A stretch of DNA of 64,000 nt, taken from NCBI GenBank assembly GCA_031382385.1, contig JANMYS010000026.1, forward strand, positions 3,954-67,953. The letters run 5' to 3'. Shown piece after piece: positions 8,750-18,221 of the stretch. Below the pieces are notes generated by a model. The model ran no database searches, had not been told where the DNA came from, and saw only the letters and a program-made list of their open reading frames with translations. Within the stretch, counting starts at the first letter, position 1; each line of letters opens with the position of its first letter. The translations under genes were made by a program, and so were the position numbers. The stretch is from Gemmatimonadota bacterium (GTDB lineage: Bacteria; Gemmatimonadota; Gemmatimonadetes; Gemmatimonadales; GWC2-71-9).

Positions 8750-9393
8750 TGCGGCTCTGGATCCTCCCTTTCCGGCTGCTTGGAATCCTCGCACTGTCGA
8801 TCCTGATCAGCGCTGCGTGGCTGTTGCGTCACGAGATCCTGAGCATTGTCCGGCCCCAGGTGCACCGCGTCACCGACGCGCTGGTCCCGCATGACGGGGC
8901 GCCTACCGCGACCGCCCGTACGCACGCTGGCGACAAGGTGGACAGTCTGCTCGGGTGGAGCGCGGATTCGGTGGTCCTGACCGCCGGAGAAATGGCCGTG
9001 CTCCTGCTCGACGGACTGTCGTCGGAGGAGCGGAGTCATCTTGATTCGGTGGTGGTGACGCTGGGCGACGGTCGGCTGAGCGTGGATGCCAGGCTGGAGA
9101 CCAGCCAGATTCCGTCGGAGCTGCTCGGGCCACTGGCCGGGGTGCTGCGCGCCTGGGAGGCGGTGACGGTGGCGGGAGACGTCGCGTCGTCCCGGCCCGG
9201 TCAGGCGGAGTGGAGAATCGATGCCATCACGCTGCGCGGCATCACCTTGCCACCTGAGGCCAGCCGCACCCTGCTCGATCGAGGCCTGCCCGGATCCGAG
9301 CGGGGCAAGGTCGCGGTGACCCTGCCCAAGGGGGTAGCTCGAATCACGGTACGCCCAGCCGGCGTGGCACTCTTCCCGGAGCACACGCGGTGA
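8749..9393 (+). CDS. Hypothetical membrane-anchored protein
   Basis: 214-aa ORF with an N-terminal TM helix (LLGILALSILISAAWLL). Its start overlaps the larE stop (TGATG) and its stop overlaps the next start (GTGA). I recognise no domain. Confidence 0.55.
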   Translation: MRLWILPFRLLGILALSILISAAWLLRHEILSIVRPQVHRVTDALVPHDGAPTATARTHAGDKVDSLLGWSADSVVLTAGEMAVLLLDGLSSEERSHLDSVVVTLGDGRLSVDARLETSQIPSELLGPLAGVLRAWEAVTVAGDVASSRPGQAEWRIDAITLRGITLPPEASRTLLDRGLPGSERGKVAVTLPKGVARITVRPAGVALFPEHTR

Positions 9394-10757
9394 GCCGGCG
9401 GCTGCTGGTGGTCGACGACGAGCCGGGAATCCGTGCGGCATTGCAGCAGATTCTCGAGTACGAAGGCATCGAGGTAAAGGTCGCGTCGAGCGGCGGGGAG
9501 GGACTCGCGCTCTTCGAGGAGTTCCGGCCGAACGTCGTCATGCTGGATGTGAAGATGGCTGGGCTCGATGGGCTCGACACCCTCACTCGTCTGCGCGAGC
9601 TCAACCCGGAAGCCACCGTCGTCATGATCTCGGGTCATGGCACTGTCGCCACCGCGATCGAAGCCACGCGTCGGGGCGCCTTTGATTTTCTGGAGAAGCC
9701 GCTCGAGACCGAGCGCCTGCTCCTCACCGTCCGCAATGCGATGGAACATGCGGCGCTGGCCGGCGAGAACACCCGCTTCCGGCGGGAGGTCGAGGCCCGC
9801 TACGCGATGATCGGGGACAGTCTCGCCCTCAAGGAAGTGCGGGACGTGGTTACCCGGGTCAGTCCGACGACCGCCCGGGTGCTGATCACCGGCGAGAGCG
9901 GCACCGGCAAGGAACTGGTCGCGCGGGCGATCCACGAAGGGTCGCCCCGCCGCACCCGCCCCTTCATCGAAGTGAATTGCGCTGCGATCCCCTCCGAACT
10001 GATCGAGAGCGAGCTGTTCGGCCACCTCAAGGGATCCTTCACCGGGGCGGTCGCCGACCGCGTGGGCAAGTTCGAGCAGGCCGATGGCGGGACGCTCTTT
10101 CTGGACGAGGTCGGGGACATGTCGCCGGCGGCACAGGCCAAGGTGCTGCGGGTGCTGCAGGAGGGCGTGGTCACGCGGATCGGCGGCGGGAAGCCGGTAC
10201 AGGTCGATGTGCGTGTTCTCGCGGCGACCAACAAGTCGGTGGAGGAGGAGATCGCCTCCGGCCGTTTCCGCCAGGACCTCTTCTACCGGCTCAACGTGGT
10301 CCCGATCCGGGTGCCGGCGCTGCGGGAGCGGCGTGAGGATGTGCCCGCCCTGGTCGCGTATTTCGCGAAGCAGATCGCCGGTGGCGCTCGCGTGGCGGGA
10401 AAGACCTTCGAGCCGGCCGCCATCGAGCGGCTGCAGGAGCGCCACTGGGCGGGCAACGTCCGTGAGTTGCGCAATGCCGTGGAACGCCTCCTCATCCTGG
10501 CGCCCGGCAAGGTCGTGCGGGCGTTCGATGTAAGTCGCCTGCTCGGCGAAAGCACCGCATCTGAGGCGGCCGGCGAGATTTCCACCGCGAAGTACGGGAC
10601 CTTTGAGGCCTTCCGGGACGATATGGAGCGACTCTGGCTGACCGGCAAGCTGAGGGAAAACAACTGGAACGTCACCGAAACCGCCAAGGTGCTGAAAATC
10701 CCGCGCTCCAGCCTGTACAAGAAGCTCGAGCTGTATGGCCTCTCAAGGGACGACTGA
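9390..10757 (+). CDS. Sigma-54-dependent response regulator (NtrC/AtoC family: REC + AAA+ + HTH)
   Basis: 455 aa. REC domain: LLVVDDEPGIR...VVMLDVKMAG. AAA+ domain: GESGTGKE, GAFTGA-like SFTGAV, ELFGH. A C-terminal Fis-type HTH is present (NVTETAKVLKIPRSSLYKKL). Confidence 0.9.
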   Translation: MSRRLLVVDDEPGIRAALQQILEYEGIEVKVASSGGEGLALFEEFRPNVVMLDVKMAGLDGLDTLTRLRELNPEATVVMISGHGTVATAIEATRRGAFDFLEKPLETERLLLTVRNAMEHAALAGENTRFRREVEARYAMIGDSLALKEVRDVVTRVSPTTARVLITGESGTGKELVARAIHEGSPRRTRPFIEVNCAAIPSELIESELFGHLKGSFTGAVADRVGKFEQADGGTLFLDEVGDMSPAAQAKVLRVLQEGVVTRIGGGKPVQVDVRVLAATNKSVEEEIASGRFRQDLFYRLNVVPIRVPALRERREDVPALVAYFAKQIAGGARVAGKTFEPAAIERLQERHWAGNVRELRNAVERLLILAPGKVVRAFDVSRLLGESTASEAAGEISTAKYGTFEAFRDDMERLWLTGKLRENNWNVTETAKVLKIPRSSLYKKLELYGLSRDD

Positions 10758-11227
10758 TGAGCGAGCAGCCGCGGAACTGGGACAAGGAGATGGCCGATAT
10801 CGACCGGCTGATGGCCAATCCATCGGCTAACGTTCCGGCCAAGAGCGGCGGCGGGTCGCCGCCCGCCCCGCGTGCCAGCGGATCCCCCGCCCTCAGCGGC
10901 GGGCGAATGACCACCATCACCACCTGGCTCCGGGTGCTCCTTGGTGTCGGTCTCGCGGTGGGTATCACCCAGTGGCCCTATCCGACCGCCTGCGGCTTCA
11001 ATCTCGCCGTCTACCTCGGTGCCATCGTCACGGTGGTGGTCGCCGGCATCTGGAGCGGCATCTCCTCGTGGCAGCGACGGCTCGGCCTCGCCCACACCCT
11101 TTCGATGCTGGTGCTCCTCTGGGGCCTGGTGTTGTCCGCGCGCGAAGTGCTGCCGCGGGTGGGCTATGCCCGGCACCCCCGGGTGTGGAGCTGTCCGACC
11201 GGGAACGGGGTCGAAGCGCCGCAGTAG
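10757..11227 (+). CDS. Hypothetical integral membrane protein (about 3 TM helices)
   Basis: 156-aa ORF whose ATG overlaps the regulator's TGA (TGATG). Hydrophobic helices: WLRVLLGVGLAVGI, AVYLGAIVTVVVAGIW, LSMLVLLWGLVL. Confidence 0.5.
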   Translation: MSEQPRNWDKEMADIDRLMANPSANVPAKSGGGSPPAPRASGSPALSGGRMTTITTWLRVLLGVGLAVGITQWPYPTACGFNLAVYLGAIVTVVVAGIWSGISSWQRRLGLAHTLSMLVLLWGLVLSAREVLPRVGYARHPRVWSCPTGNGVEAPQ

Positions 11228-11231
11228 TCAA

Positions 11232-11318
11232 GCCGTTGGTCATCGGCCGTTAGCCGTTGGCGACCAACCGCCCGAGTTCGACCGTCGCTTCCCGTTCCCC
11301 GTTCCCCGTTCCCCGTTC
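11232..11318. repeat. Composite microrepeat block: three GCCGTT(G/A)G units, one CCAACCGCCC unit, then four tandem CCCGTTC (7 bp) units at 11291-11318
   Basis: Read directly from gccgttggtcatcggccgttagccgttggcgaccaaccgccc...cccgttccccgttccccgttccccgttc. It is intergenic, between the stop at 11227 and the ALDH start at 11344. Confidence 0.85.
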
Positions 11319-11343
11319 CTACTTCTCTCTCGCCGCGCCTGTC

Positions 11344-12831
11344 ATGCCTCCAACATTCAAGAATCTCATCAACGGGCAGTGGGTTGCTCCTTCCACCCGC
11401 CGCTACCTCGAGAATCGCAATCCGGCCGACGTCCGGGATCTCATCGGCCGGTTTCCCGATTCCGCCGCGGATGATGTGCACCGGGCCGTGGCCTCGGCGC
11501 AGGTCGCGTTCGAGCGGTGGCGCCGGGTGCCGGCTCCCGCGCGCGGCGATCTGCTGCGTCGCCTGGGCGACCTGCTGGCCCGGGAGAAGGAGTCGCTCGC
11601 CGACGGGATGACCCGCGAGATGGGAAAGGTGCTGGCCGAGGCGCGCGGTGACGTGCAGGAGGGCATCGACACCGCCTACTACGCGGGCAGCGAGTGCCGC
11701 CGGCTCTTTGGCAAGACGGTGCCGAGTGAGCTCCGCGACAAATGGGCGATGAGCTGGCGCCGCCCGATCGGGGTCTGCGGCCTGATCGCGCCGTTCAATT
11801 TTCCGCTGGCCATCCCGACGTGGAAGATGTTCCCGGCACTCGCCTGCGGGAACACCGTGGTGCTGAAGCCCTCGGAGGACGTGCCGCACACCGCCCATCG
11901 CCTGGTGGAACTGGCGCTCGAGGCCGGCTTCCCGCCGGACGTCATTCAGCTGGTCCACGGTCGCGGTGAAACCGTCGGTCGCGCGCTGGTCGATCATCCC
12001 GACGTCCCGGTGATTTCCTTCACTGGGTCCACCGCCACCGGATCGGTGATCGGTGAGAGCTGCGGCCGGCAGCATAAGCGGCTTTCGCTCGAGATGGGTG
12101 GCAAGAATGCGGTCATCGTGCTGGACGACGCCGACCTGGACCTCGCGGTGGATGGCGTGTTGTGGGGGGCCTTTGGGACGACGGGGCAGCGTTGCACTGC
12201 CACCAGTCGCCTGCTGCTGCACCGGAAGGTGCACGATCGATTCCTCGCCCGGTTGCTCGACCGGGCCGGCCGGCTCCGCCTGGGCGACGGCCGGAAGCGC
12301 GGCGTCGACGTGGGACCGCTGATCCACGAGGCCGCGCTGCACAAGGTCGAGTCCTATGTGGCTCTGGGACGCGGGGAAGGGGCGACGCTGGAAGCGGGGG
12401 GCCGCCGTCCGCGGCGCGCGGCGCTGGCGCACGGCTGGTTCATCGAACCGGCGATCTTCACCGGCGTCCGGCCGACGATGCGCATTGCCCAGGAGGAGAT
12501 CTTCGGGCCGGTGCTCTCGGTGATCCGCATCGCGTCGCTGGATGAGGCGCTGACGGTTGCCAACGGTGTCCGCTATGGGCTGTCCAGTTCGCTCTACACC
12601 GGAAACGTCCAGGCGGCGTTCCGGGCGCTTGAGTCGCTCGACACCGGCATCACCTACATCAACGCGCCCACCATCGGTGCCGAGGCCCACCTGCCATTCG
12701 GCGGTGTCAAACAGACCGGGAACGGTCACCGCGAGGGCGGCTGGGGCGTCTACGACTTCTACTCCGAGGTCAAAGTGGGGTACGTCGACTACTCCGGGAC
12801 GCTGCAGCGGGCCCAGATCGATAACTACTAG
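11344..12831 (+). CDS. NAD(P)-dependent aldehyde dehydrogenase family protein
   Basis: Track ORF 11257..12831, trimmed to the ATG at 11344 ([13 protein letters not shown]). The extension would read through the microrepeats. Motifs: [28 protein letters not shown], catalytic LEMGGKN, GQRCTA. Confidence 0.9.
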   Translation: MPPTFKNLINGQWVAPSTRRYLENRNPADVRDLIGRFPDSAADDVHRAVASAQVAFERWRRVPAPARGDLLRRLGDLLAREKESLADGMTREMGKVLAEARGDVQEGIDTAYYAGSECRRLFGKTVPSELRDKWAMSWRRPIGVCGLIAPFNFPLAIPTWKMFPALACGNTVVLKPSEDVPHTAHRLVELALEAGFPPDVIQLVHGRGETVGRALVDHPDVPVISFTGSTATGSVIGESCGRQHKRLSLEMGGKNAVIVLDDADLDLAVDGVLWGAFGTTGQRCTATSRLLLHRKVHDRFLARLLDRAGRLRLGDGRKRGVDVGPLIHEAALHKVESYVALGRGEGATLEAGGRRPRRAALAHGWFIEPAIFTGVRPTMRIAQEEIFGPVLSVIRIASLDEALTVANGVRYGLSSSLYTGNVQAAFRALESLDTGITYINAPTIGAEAHLPFGGVKQTGNGHREGGWGVYDFYSEVKVGYVDYSGTLQRAQIDNY

Positions 12832-13003
12832 CCATTAGCCGTCGGCCGTCAGTTTGCTGTCATTCTGAGGAGGCCCCCAGGGGCCGACGAAGAATCTCTT
12901 GAGGCCGGAGCTGAGGCCAGGGTCGGGCTCCGAGGCAAAGAGATCCTTCGTCGCTCCGCTCCTCAGGATGACACCATTCGCTGGCCCATGGCCGACGGCT
13001 ACT
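12829..13003. repeat. Long imperfect palindrome (~175 bp), a REP/MITE-like hairpin element
   Basis: Three arm pairs read directly. tagccgtcggcc (12836-47) pairs with ggccgacggcta (12990-13001). gtcattctgaggag (12859-72) pairs with ctcctcaggatgac (12959-72). cgacgaagaatctctt (12885-900) pairs with aagagatccttcgtcg (12938-53). Confidence 0.85.
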
Positions 13004-13010
13004 TCCCCGC

Positions 13011-13039
13011 TTGCCCGCCGTCCGGGCCTTGGGTAAGGT
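13011..13039 (+). promoter_or_regulatory. Possible sigma70-type promoter for the rpoD-like gene (TTGCCC-17 nt-TAAGGT)
   Basis: Hexamers at 13011-16 and 13034-39 with a 17-nt spacer, about 40 nt upstream of the ATG at 13081. Both hexamers match consensus weakly. Confidence 0.25.
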
Positions 13040-13080
13040 TCTGCCAGTAGCAACTTCCTGCCGGTGGTGAGGCTCCGCAC

Positions 13081-13953
13081 ATGAGACCGATGCGAGTGGG
13101 TTCGGGCAAACGAGGTTCGTCGGGTTTCGACGAAGGTTCGCTCGACCAGTATCTCCGTGAGATCAGCCGGTACCCGCTGATCAATCAGGAGGAGGAAGTC
13201 CGTCTCGCGCAGTGCATTCGTGCCGGGGACGCCGAGGGGCTCGACAAGCTGGTGCGCAGCAATCTGCGCTTCGTGGTTTCCGTTGCCAAGAAGTACCAGA
13301 ACCAGGGAGTCTCGCTCTCCGATCTCATCAACGAGGGCAACCTCGGCCTCATCCGCGCCGCCCACAAGTTCGACGAGACCAAGGGGATCAAGTTCATCTC
13401 CTACGCGGTCTGGTGGATCCGCCAGGCCATCCTGCAGGCCCTCGCCGAACAGAGCCGGATCGTCCGGGTGCCGCTGAACCGCGCTGGAACGCTGCATCGG
13501 ATCGGGAAGCGGTCGGCCGCACTGCTGCAGGAGCTCGGGCGGGAGCCGACCCCGGCGGAGATCGCCGAGGGCATGGATATCACGATCGAGGAAGTGCAGA
13601 AGACGCTCTCGATCAGCCAGACCCATCTTTCCCTTGACGCCCCGATGACGCCGGGCGAAGACAACAAGCTGCTCGACTACCTGCCAGACCTGGTGAACGC
13701 CGGACCGGATGCCGAGACGTTCGAGAAGGCCCTGACCGAGTCGATCGAAGAAGTCCTGTCATCGCTGAAGGAGCGGGAGGCCAAGATCCTGCGGCTGTAT
13801 TTCGGGCTCGACGGCCCGGAGCCGATGACGCTCGAGGAGATTGGCGGGCAACTCGGGATCACGCGCGAGCGAGTCCGGCAGATCAAGGAAAAGGCGCTGA
13901 CCAGGCTGCGCCATGTCAGCCGGGCCCGCGCCCTGGAGAGCTTCCTGTCCTGA
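13081..13953 (+). CDS. rpoD: RNA polymerase sigma-70 family factor, RpoD-like (short, no region 1.1)
   Basis: 290 aa. YLREISRYPLINQEEEVRLA, NLRFVVSVAKKYQNQGVSLSDLINEGNLGLIRAAHKFD (region 2), FISYAVWWIRQAI, and region 4 LGITRERVRQIKEKAL. Confidence 0.9.
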   Translation: MRPMRVGSGKRGSSGFDEGSLDQYLREISRYPLINQEEEVRLAQCIRAGDAEGLDKLVRSNLRFVVSVAKKYQNQGVSLSDLINEGNLGLIRAAHKFDETKGIKFISYAVWWIRQAILQALAEQSRIVRVPLNRAGTLHRIGKRSAALLQELGREPTPAEIAEGMDITIEEVQKTLSISQTHLSLDAPMTPGEDNKLLDYLPDLVNAGPDAETFEKALTESIEEVLSSLKEREAKILRLYFGLDGPEPMTLEEIGGQLGITRERVRQIKEKALTRLRHVSRARALESFLS

Positions 13954-13974
13954 ACCGCCGCGCCTCGGCTGGGG

Positions 13975-14382
13975 TCAGCGTCGTCGCAACGACGCGACCA
14001 GCATCATGCCGAGGTTGGCGCCCGCGCACGCCCCCCCCACGATCACCAGCGCCCGCCCGGCCTCCCGCAGGAAATCGAACTGCTTCACGCTCAATCCAAC
14101 CAGCAGCACCTTGATGGACAGCAGGGAGACCGCGGTCGAGAAGATCACGAGCTGCAGCAGCAGCAGCGGACGGAAACCGAGCCCACCGTACAGCCAGTAC
14201 AGCGCAGCCGCCATGAGGATCCACGCCAGAATTGCGGTGCGGGTGGTCTGGCCGAGGGGAAGGGCCCGGATCGCCGGGCCGAGCACCACCAGCGCGCCAA
14301 GCCAGAGCGCCAGGCGCAGGCTGGCCGCCTTCAGTTCCTCGGGGGTCGCGTTCTCAGCGGTATTTCTGGCGGGGCCACTCAC
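13975..14382 (-). CDS. Hypothetical integral membrane protein
   Basis: 135-aa ORF with 3-4 hydrophobic helices (LALWLGALVVLGPAI, AILAWILMAAALYWLYGGL, LLLLQLVIFSTAVSLLSI, ALVIVGGACAGANLGMMLVA). Confidence 0.5.
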   Translation of the reverse strand: MSGPARNTAENATPEELKAASLRLALWLGALVVLGPAIRALPLGQTTRTAILAWILMAAALYWLYGGLGFRPLLLLQLVIFSTAVSLLSIKVLLVGLSVKQFDFLREAGRALVIVGGACAGANLGMMLVASLRRR

Positions 14383-14417
14383 ACCGAGCTCCAGTGGGAA
14401 TCCCCCGGCCGCGCGGG

Positions 14418-15485
14418 CTATTCCCGGTCAGTTCGTCCGTCCCCGAGCAATCGTTCCACCTGATCAAACTCGATCAGGAACGCGTCGTGCCCGTACACGC
14501 TGCGGATTTCTTCGTATCGGGCGGTGACGCCGGCCGCGGCGTAGCCAGCGACCCAGTCCCGAATCTCGCGAGGATAGTACAGGATATCGCTGTCGATGCC
14601 AACGCCCACGACCTCCCGGACCCGCCACGCCGTCTGGCGGGCGGCGGCGGACAGGTCGCCAACATCGTGGCTGTCCATGGCCTGCATGAGGGAGACATAG
14701 CTGCGGGCGTCAAAGCGGTCGACCAGCTTCTGCCCGTGCCGGCGCAGGTAGTGGTCGACGTCGAACCGCCCGGGATTCCGCGTTTGCCGTCGCCCGAACC
14801 GCTGCTCGAATTCCGTCACCGAACGATAGGTAATCATGGCAATCGCGCGCGCCGCGGCCAGGCCAGCCTGCGGGCCCTCCCCGGCAGGATAGGCGCCATT
14901 CTCCCACGCCGCATCGGCCTCGATGGCCATCCGTTGCGCGCCATTCCACCCGATCGCCTGCGCGCTGGTGCGGGCTGGCGCCGCAAAGATCACGAGGCGA
15001 TCGACCGGGACCGGCGTGAGCCGCCCCCACTGCAGCGCGACCATGCCGCCGAGGGACCCTCCGGTCGCCAGCGCAATATGCTGGATGCCGAGGGCCTGGA
15101 TCAGCGGGACATGCGCCAGGGCAAGATCCGCGGTGGTGAGTGTGGGAAAACTGCCATCGCTCAGTTCCGCCGGACCGGACGAGCCGTAGCAGCTGCCCAG
15201 CAGGTTAGCGGCCACGACTGCGTGCCGGTTCGTGTCGAGAGCGCGGCCGGGCCCGAGGATCGATCCCCACCAGCCATCGATGTCGGCGTTGCCGGTCAGC
15301 GCGTGAAAGACGAGGATCCAGCCGTTCGCGTGGCCCTGCGCGGGGTCGCCAAAGATGCGGTACCGCAGCCGGGCATCGCGGATGACTCCCCCGCACTCCG
15401 GGTGGAAGTCCCCGAGCGGGAGTTCCACCGGATGGCTGCCCACCGCCGCGGGGATGGTCATGGACACTCGGGCCTCACGAAGCAC
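14418..15485 (-). CDS. metX: Homoserine O-acetyltransferase
   Basis: 355 aa. LRYRIFGDP...VFHALTGNADIDGWWG, the nucleophile elbow GGSLGGMVAL, and SDILYYP fit MetX. The start may be the GTG at 15485 (overlapping the aspartokinase 3' end) or the ATG at 15461. Confidence 0.85.
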   Translation of the reverse strand: MLREARVSMTIPAAVGSHPVELPLGDFHPECGGVIRDARLRYRIFGDPAQGHANGWILVFHALTGNADIDGWWGSILGPGRALDTNRHAVVAANLLGSCYGSSGPAELSDGSFPTLTTADLALAHVPLIQALGIQHIALATGGSLGGMVALQWGRLTPVPVDRLVIFAAPARTSAQAIGWNGAQRMAIEADAAWENGAYPAGEGPQAGLAAARAIAMITYRSVTEFEQRFGRRQTRNPGRFDVDHYLRRHGQKLVDRFDARSYVSLMQAMDSHDVGDLSAAARQTAWRVREVVGVGIDSDILYYPREIRDWVAGYAAAGVTARYEEIRSVYGHDAFLIEFDQVERLLGDGRTDRE

Positions 15486-16490
15486 GAGCGATCTGGCGGG
15501 GATCGTCCAGCACGAACACGGCGTGAATCACCCCGGTGGCCTTGCCCGCGAGGGCGGCGGGGACGAGGTAGCGACGGCCGTCGGCCGCGGGCTGAATCTC
15601 GATGAGCGGGACATGCGCCGCCCGCAGCGCCTCCCGAATCTGTTCCCACACGCCGTGCGCGACGGCCGCCCCCGTGGCGATCGTCGTGATCTCCGCGGTG
15701 TCGTCCGTGACCCGGGTGGCCACTGCGCGCAGCCCACGGTGCGCTGCATCGGCGGTGATCCGTGTGTCGCAACTCTCGCCGGTGAGCGATACGAACTCGA
15801 GCGGGAGCGATTCGGTTTCCGCGAGCCGGGCGGCGTCTGGCTGCAGCACGCGCGCGCCGGCGGCGGTGAGCGCGCTCAGGAATGCATGGGAGGCGAACGG
15901 AATCGGCTGCGCGTCGACCACCAGCTTGGGGTCGGCAGTACGAAGGCCCTCGGCGTCCTTCACGAAGACCAGGCGCGGGCTCCCCAGCGCCGCGGCCAGG
16001 GCGACCGCGGAGATATCGGTGCCGCCTCGGCCCAGCGTAGCAACCCGCCCGCGACGCCAGCCCTGGAATCCGGTGATGACGGGAAGCTCGCCGCGCGCGA
16101 GCCGACGGAGGATCCGGCTGGTCTCGATCTTCCGGATGTGCGCCTGACCGAAGCGGCCAGCCCCGTGGACACCGGCCTCCCGGGCATCCAGCGAAACGGC
16201 ACGAATGCCGAGCTCTTCGAGCGCCAGCGCCAGGAGTGCCGCGGACACCACCTCTCCCGTTGCGACGGCCCGATCCACTTCCGCATGTGGGCGAGTGCTG
16301 CCCCCGGTGGCGCCCCGGACCTCCCGGACCAGGTCGAGGAGATGATCGGTGACGCCGCGCCGGGCGCTGGCGACGGCCACGACCGGCCCCTCCGCCGCGA
16401 GCCGGCGAATCCGGCGCGCGGCGGCGAGGATGCGCTCGGGGGAGGCGAGCGCGTCTCCCCCCAGCTTCACTACAACCGGATGCTCGGGCA

Positions 16491-16491
<1 letters not shown>
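15475..16491 (-). CDS. Aspartate kinase, short form (338 aa)
   Basis: Track ORF 15475..16893, trimmed to the ATG at 16491 (MPEHPVVVKLGGDALASP). The longer version is Arg-rich junk overlapping metY. Motifs: VVKLGGDA, VITGFQG, TLGRGGTDISAVALAAAL. The ATG overlaps the metY TGA (ATGA). Confidence 0.85.
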
Positions 16492-17831
<1,340 letters not shown>

Positions 17832-17865
17832 TCAACGGTAGTGGCCTGGTTCGCGGGAATGCGAA

Positions 17866-17896
17866 AGGCCCGGTTCACGTTGGGTGAACCGGGCCT
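17866..17896 (-). promoter_or_regulatory. Perfect 13-bp stem-loop in the metY 5' leader (attenuator/terminator-like)
   Basis: The minus strand reads AGGCCCGGUUCAC-CCAAC-GUGAACCGGGCCU followed by UUCGCAUU. It sits about 50 nt upstream of the metY start. Confidence 0.5.
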
Positions 17897-18057
17897 GGGG
17901 TACATCAACGGCTGGGTGTGCTGCCTACCCACCTGCCCGTGACATGCCGCCGGCACAGTCCACCCCGCGAGGGGTGCACTTACACTGGCGACAACACATC
18001 AACGGGCTGCGCTTCATTGCTGAAACGTCTCCGGGTGACGCGCGGCGCGGTAGGTGC

Positions 18058-18090
18058 AAAAAAAACCCCCGCGGCCACGAGCTCGGGGGG
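18058..18090 (-). terminator. Rho-independent terminator (GC-rich stem followed by U8)
   Basis: The minus strand reads CCCCCCGAGCUCGUGGCCGCGGGGG followed by UUUUUUUU (the A8 run at 18058-18065 on the plus strand). Confidence 0.75.
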
Positions 18091-18176
18091 TTGGTATCCA
18101 CCGGCTCTTTAGCTCTTTGTTTTGGGGTTCACAACCCCAGGCGGTAGCAAGTGGCCCTAAATCCGTCCGCCGGACT
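18058..18176 (-). ncRNA. Candidate ~120-nt small RNA, or 5' attenuator/riboswitch element of the metY operon
   Basis: Bounded by the TTGACG-17-TATACT promoter and the U8 terminator. There is no ATG-initiated ORF inside. An internal hairpin GGGGUUGUGAACCCC is present, and a second AACCCC copy lies in the 5' flank of the terminator, allowing an alternative pairing. Confidence 0.45.
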
Positions 18177-18182
18177 GCCGAC

Positions 18183-18211
18183 AGTATAGGACGGCGTCCT
18201 GCCGTCGTCAA
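18183..18211 (-). promoter_or_regulatory. Near-consensus sigma70 promoter (TTGACG, 17-nt spacer, TATACT)
   Basis: On the minus strand the -35 TTGACG is at 18211-18206 and the -10 TATACT is at 18188-18183, with a spacer of exactly 17 nt. It begins 8 nt after the stop of the upstream ORF. Confidence 0.55.
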
Positions 18212-18221
18212 GAGTCGGGCG

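Noticed and set aside
11164-12729. 521-aa minus-strand ORF antisense to the aldehyde dehydrogenase gene. Similar long antisense or off-frame ORFs: 1622..2896(+), 6359..7651(+), 9201..10445(-), 14232..15605(+), 20487..21680(-), 21611..22804(-), 28108..29874(+), 29856..31190(-), 33024..34133(-), 39463..41067(+), 42252..43640(+), 44769..46166(+), 46745..47920(+), 49712..50902(-).
   Set aside because: Each overlaps a gene with clear family motifs on the other strand or frame. Their translations are Arg/Gly/Pro/Ala/His-rich low-complexity sequences without recognisable domains. This is typical of stop-codon-poor shadow frames in GC-rich DNA.
18058-18176. Identity of the ~120-nt RNA as SRP (4.5S) RNA, 6S RNA, tmRNA, RNase P RNA or a tRNA.
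   Set aside because: It lacks the SRP domain IV motif (GGAAGCAGCC-type loop), is far too short for 6S, tmRNA or RNase P, and has no tRNA cloverleaf or T-loop GTTCRA motif.
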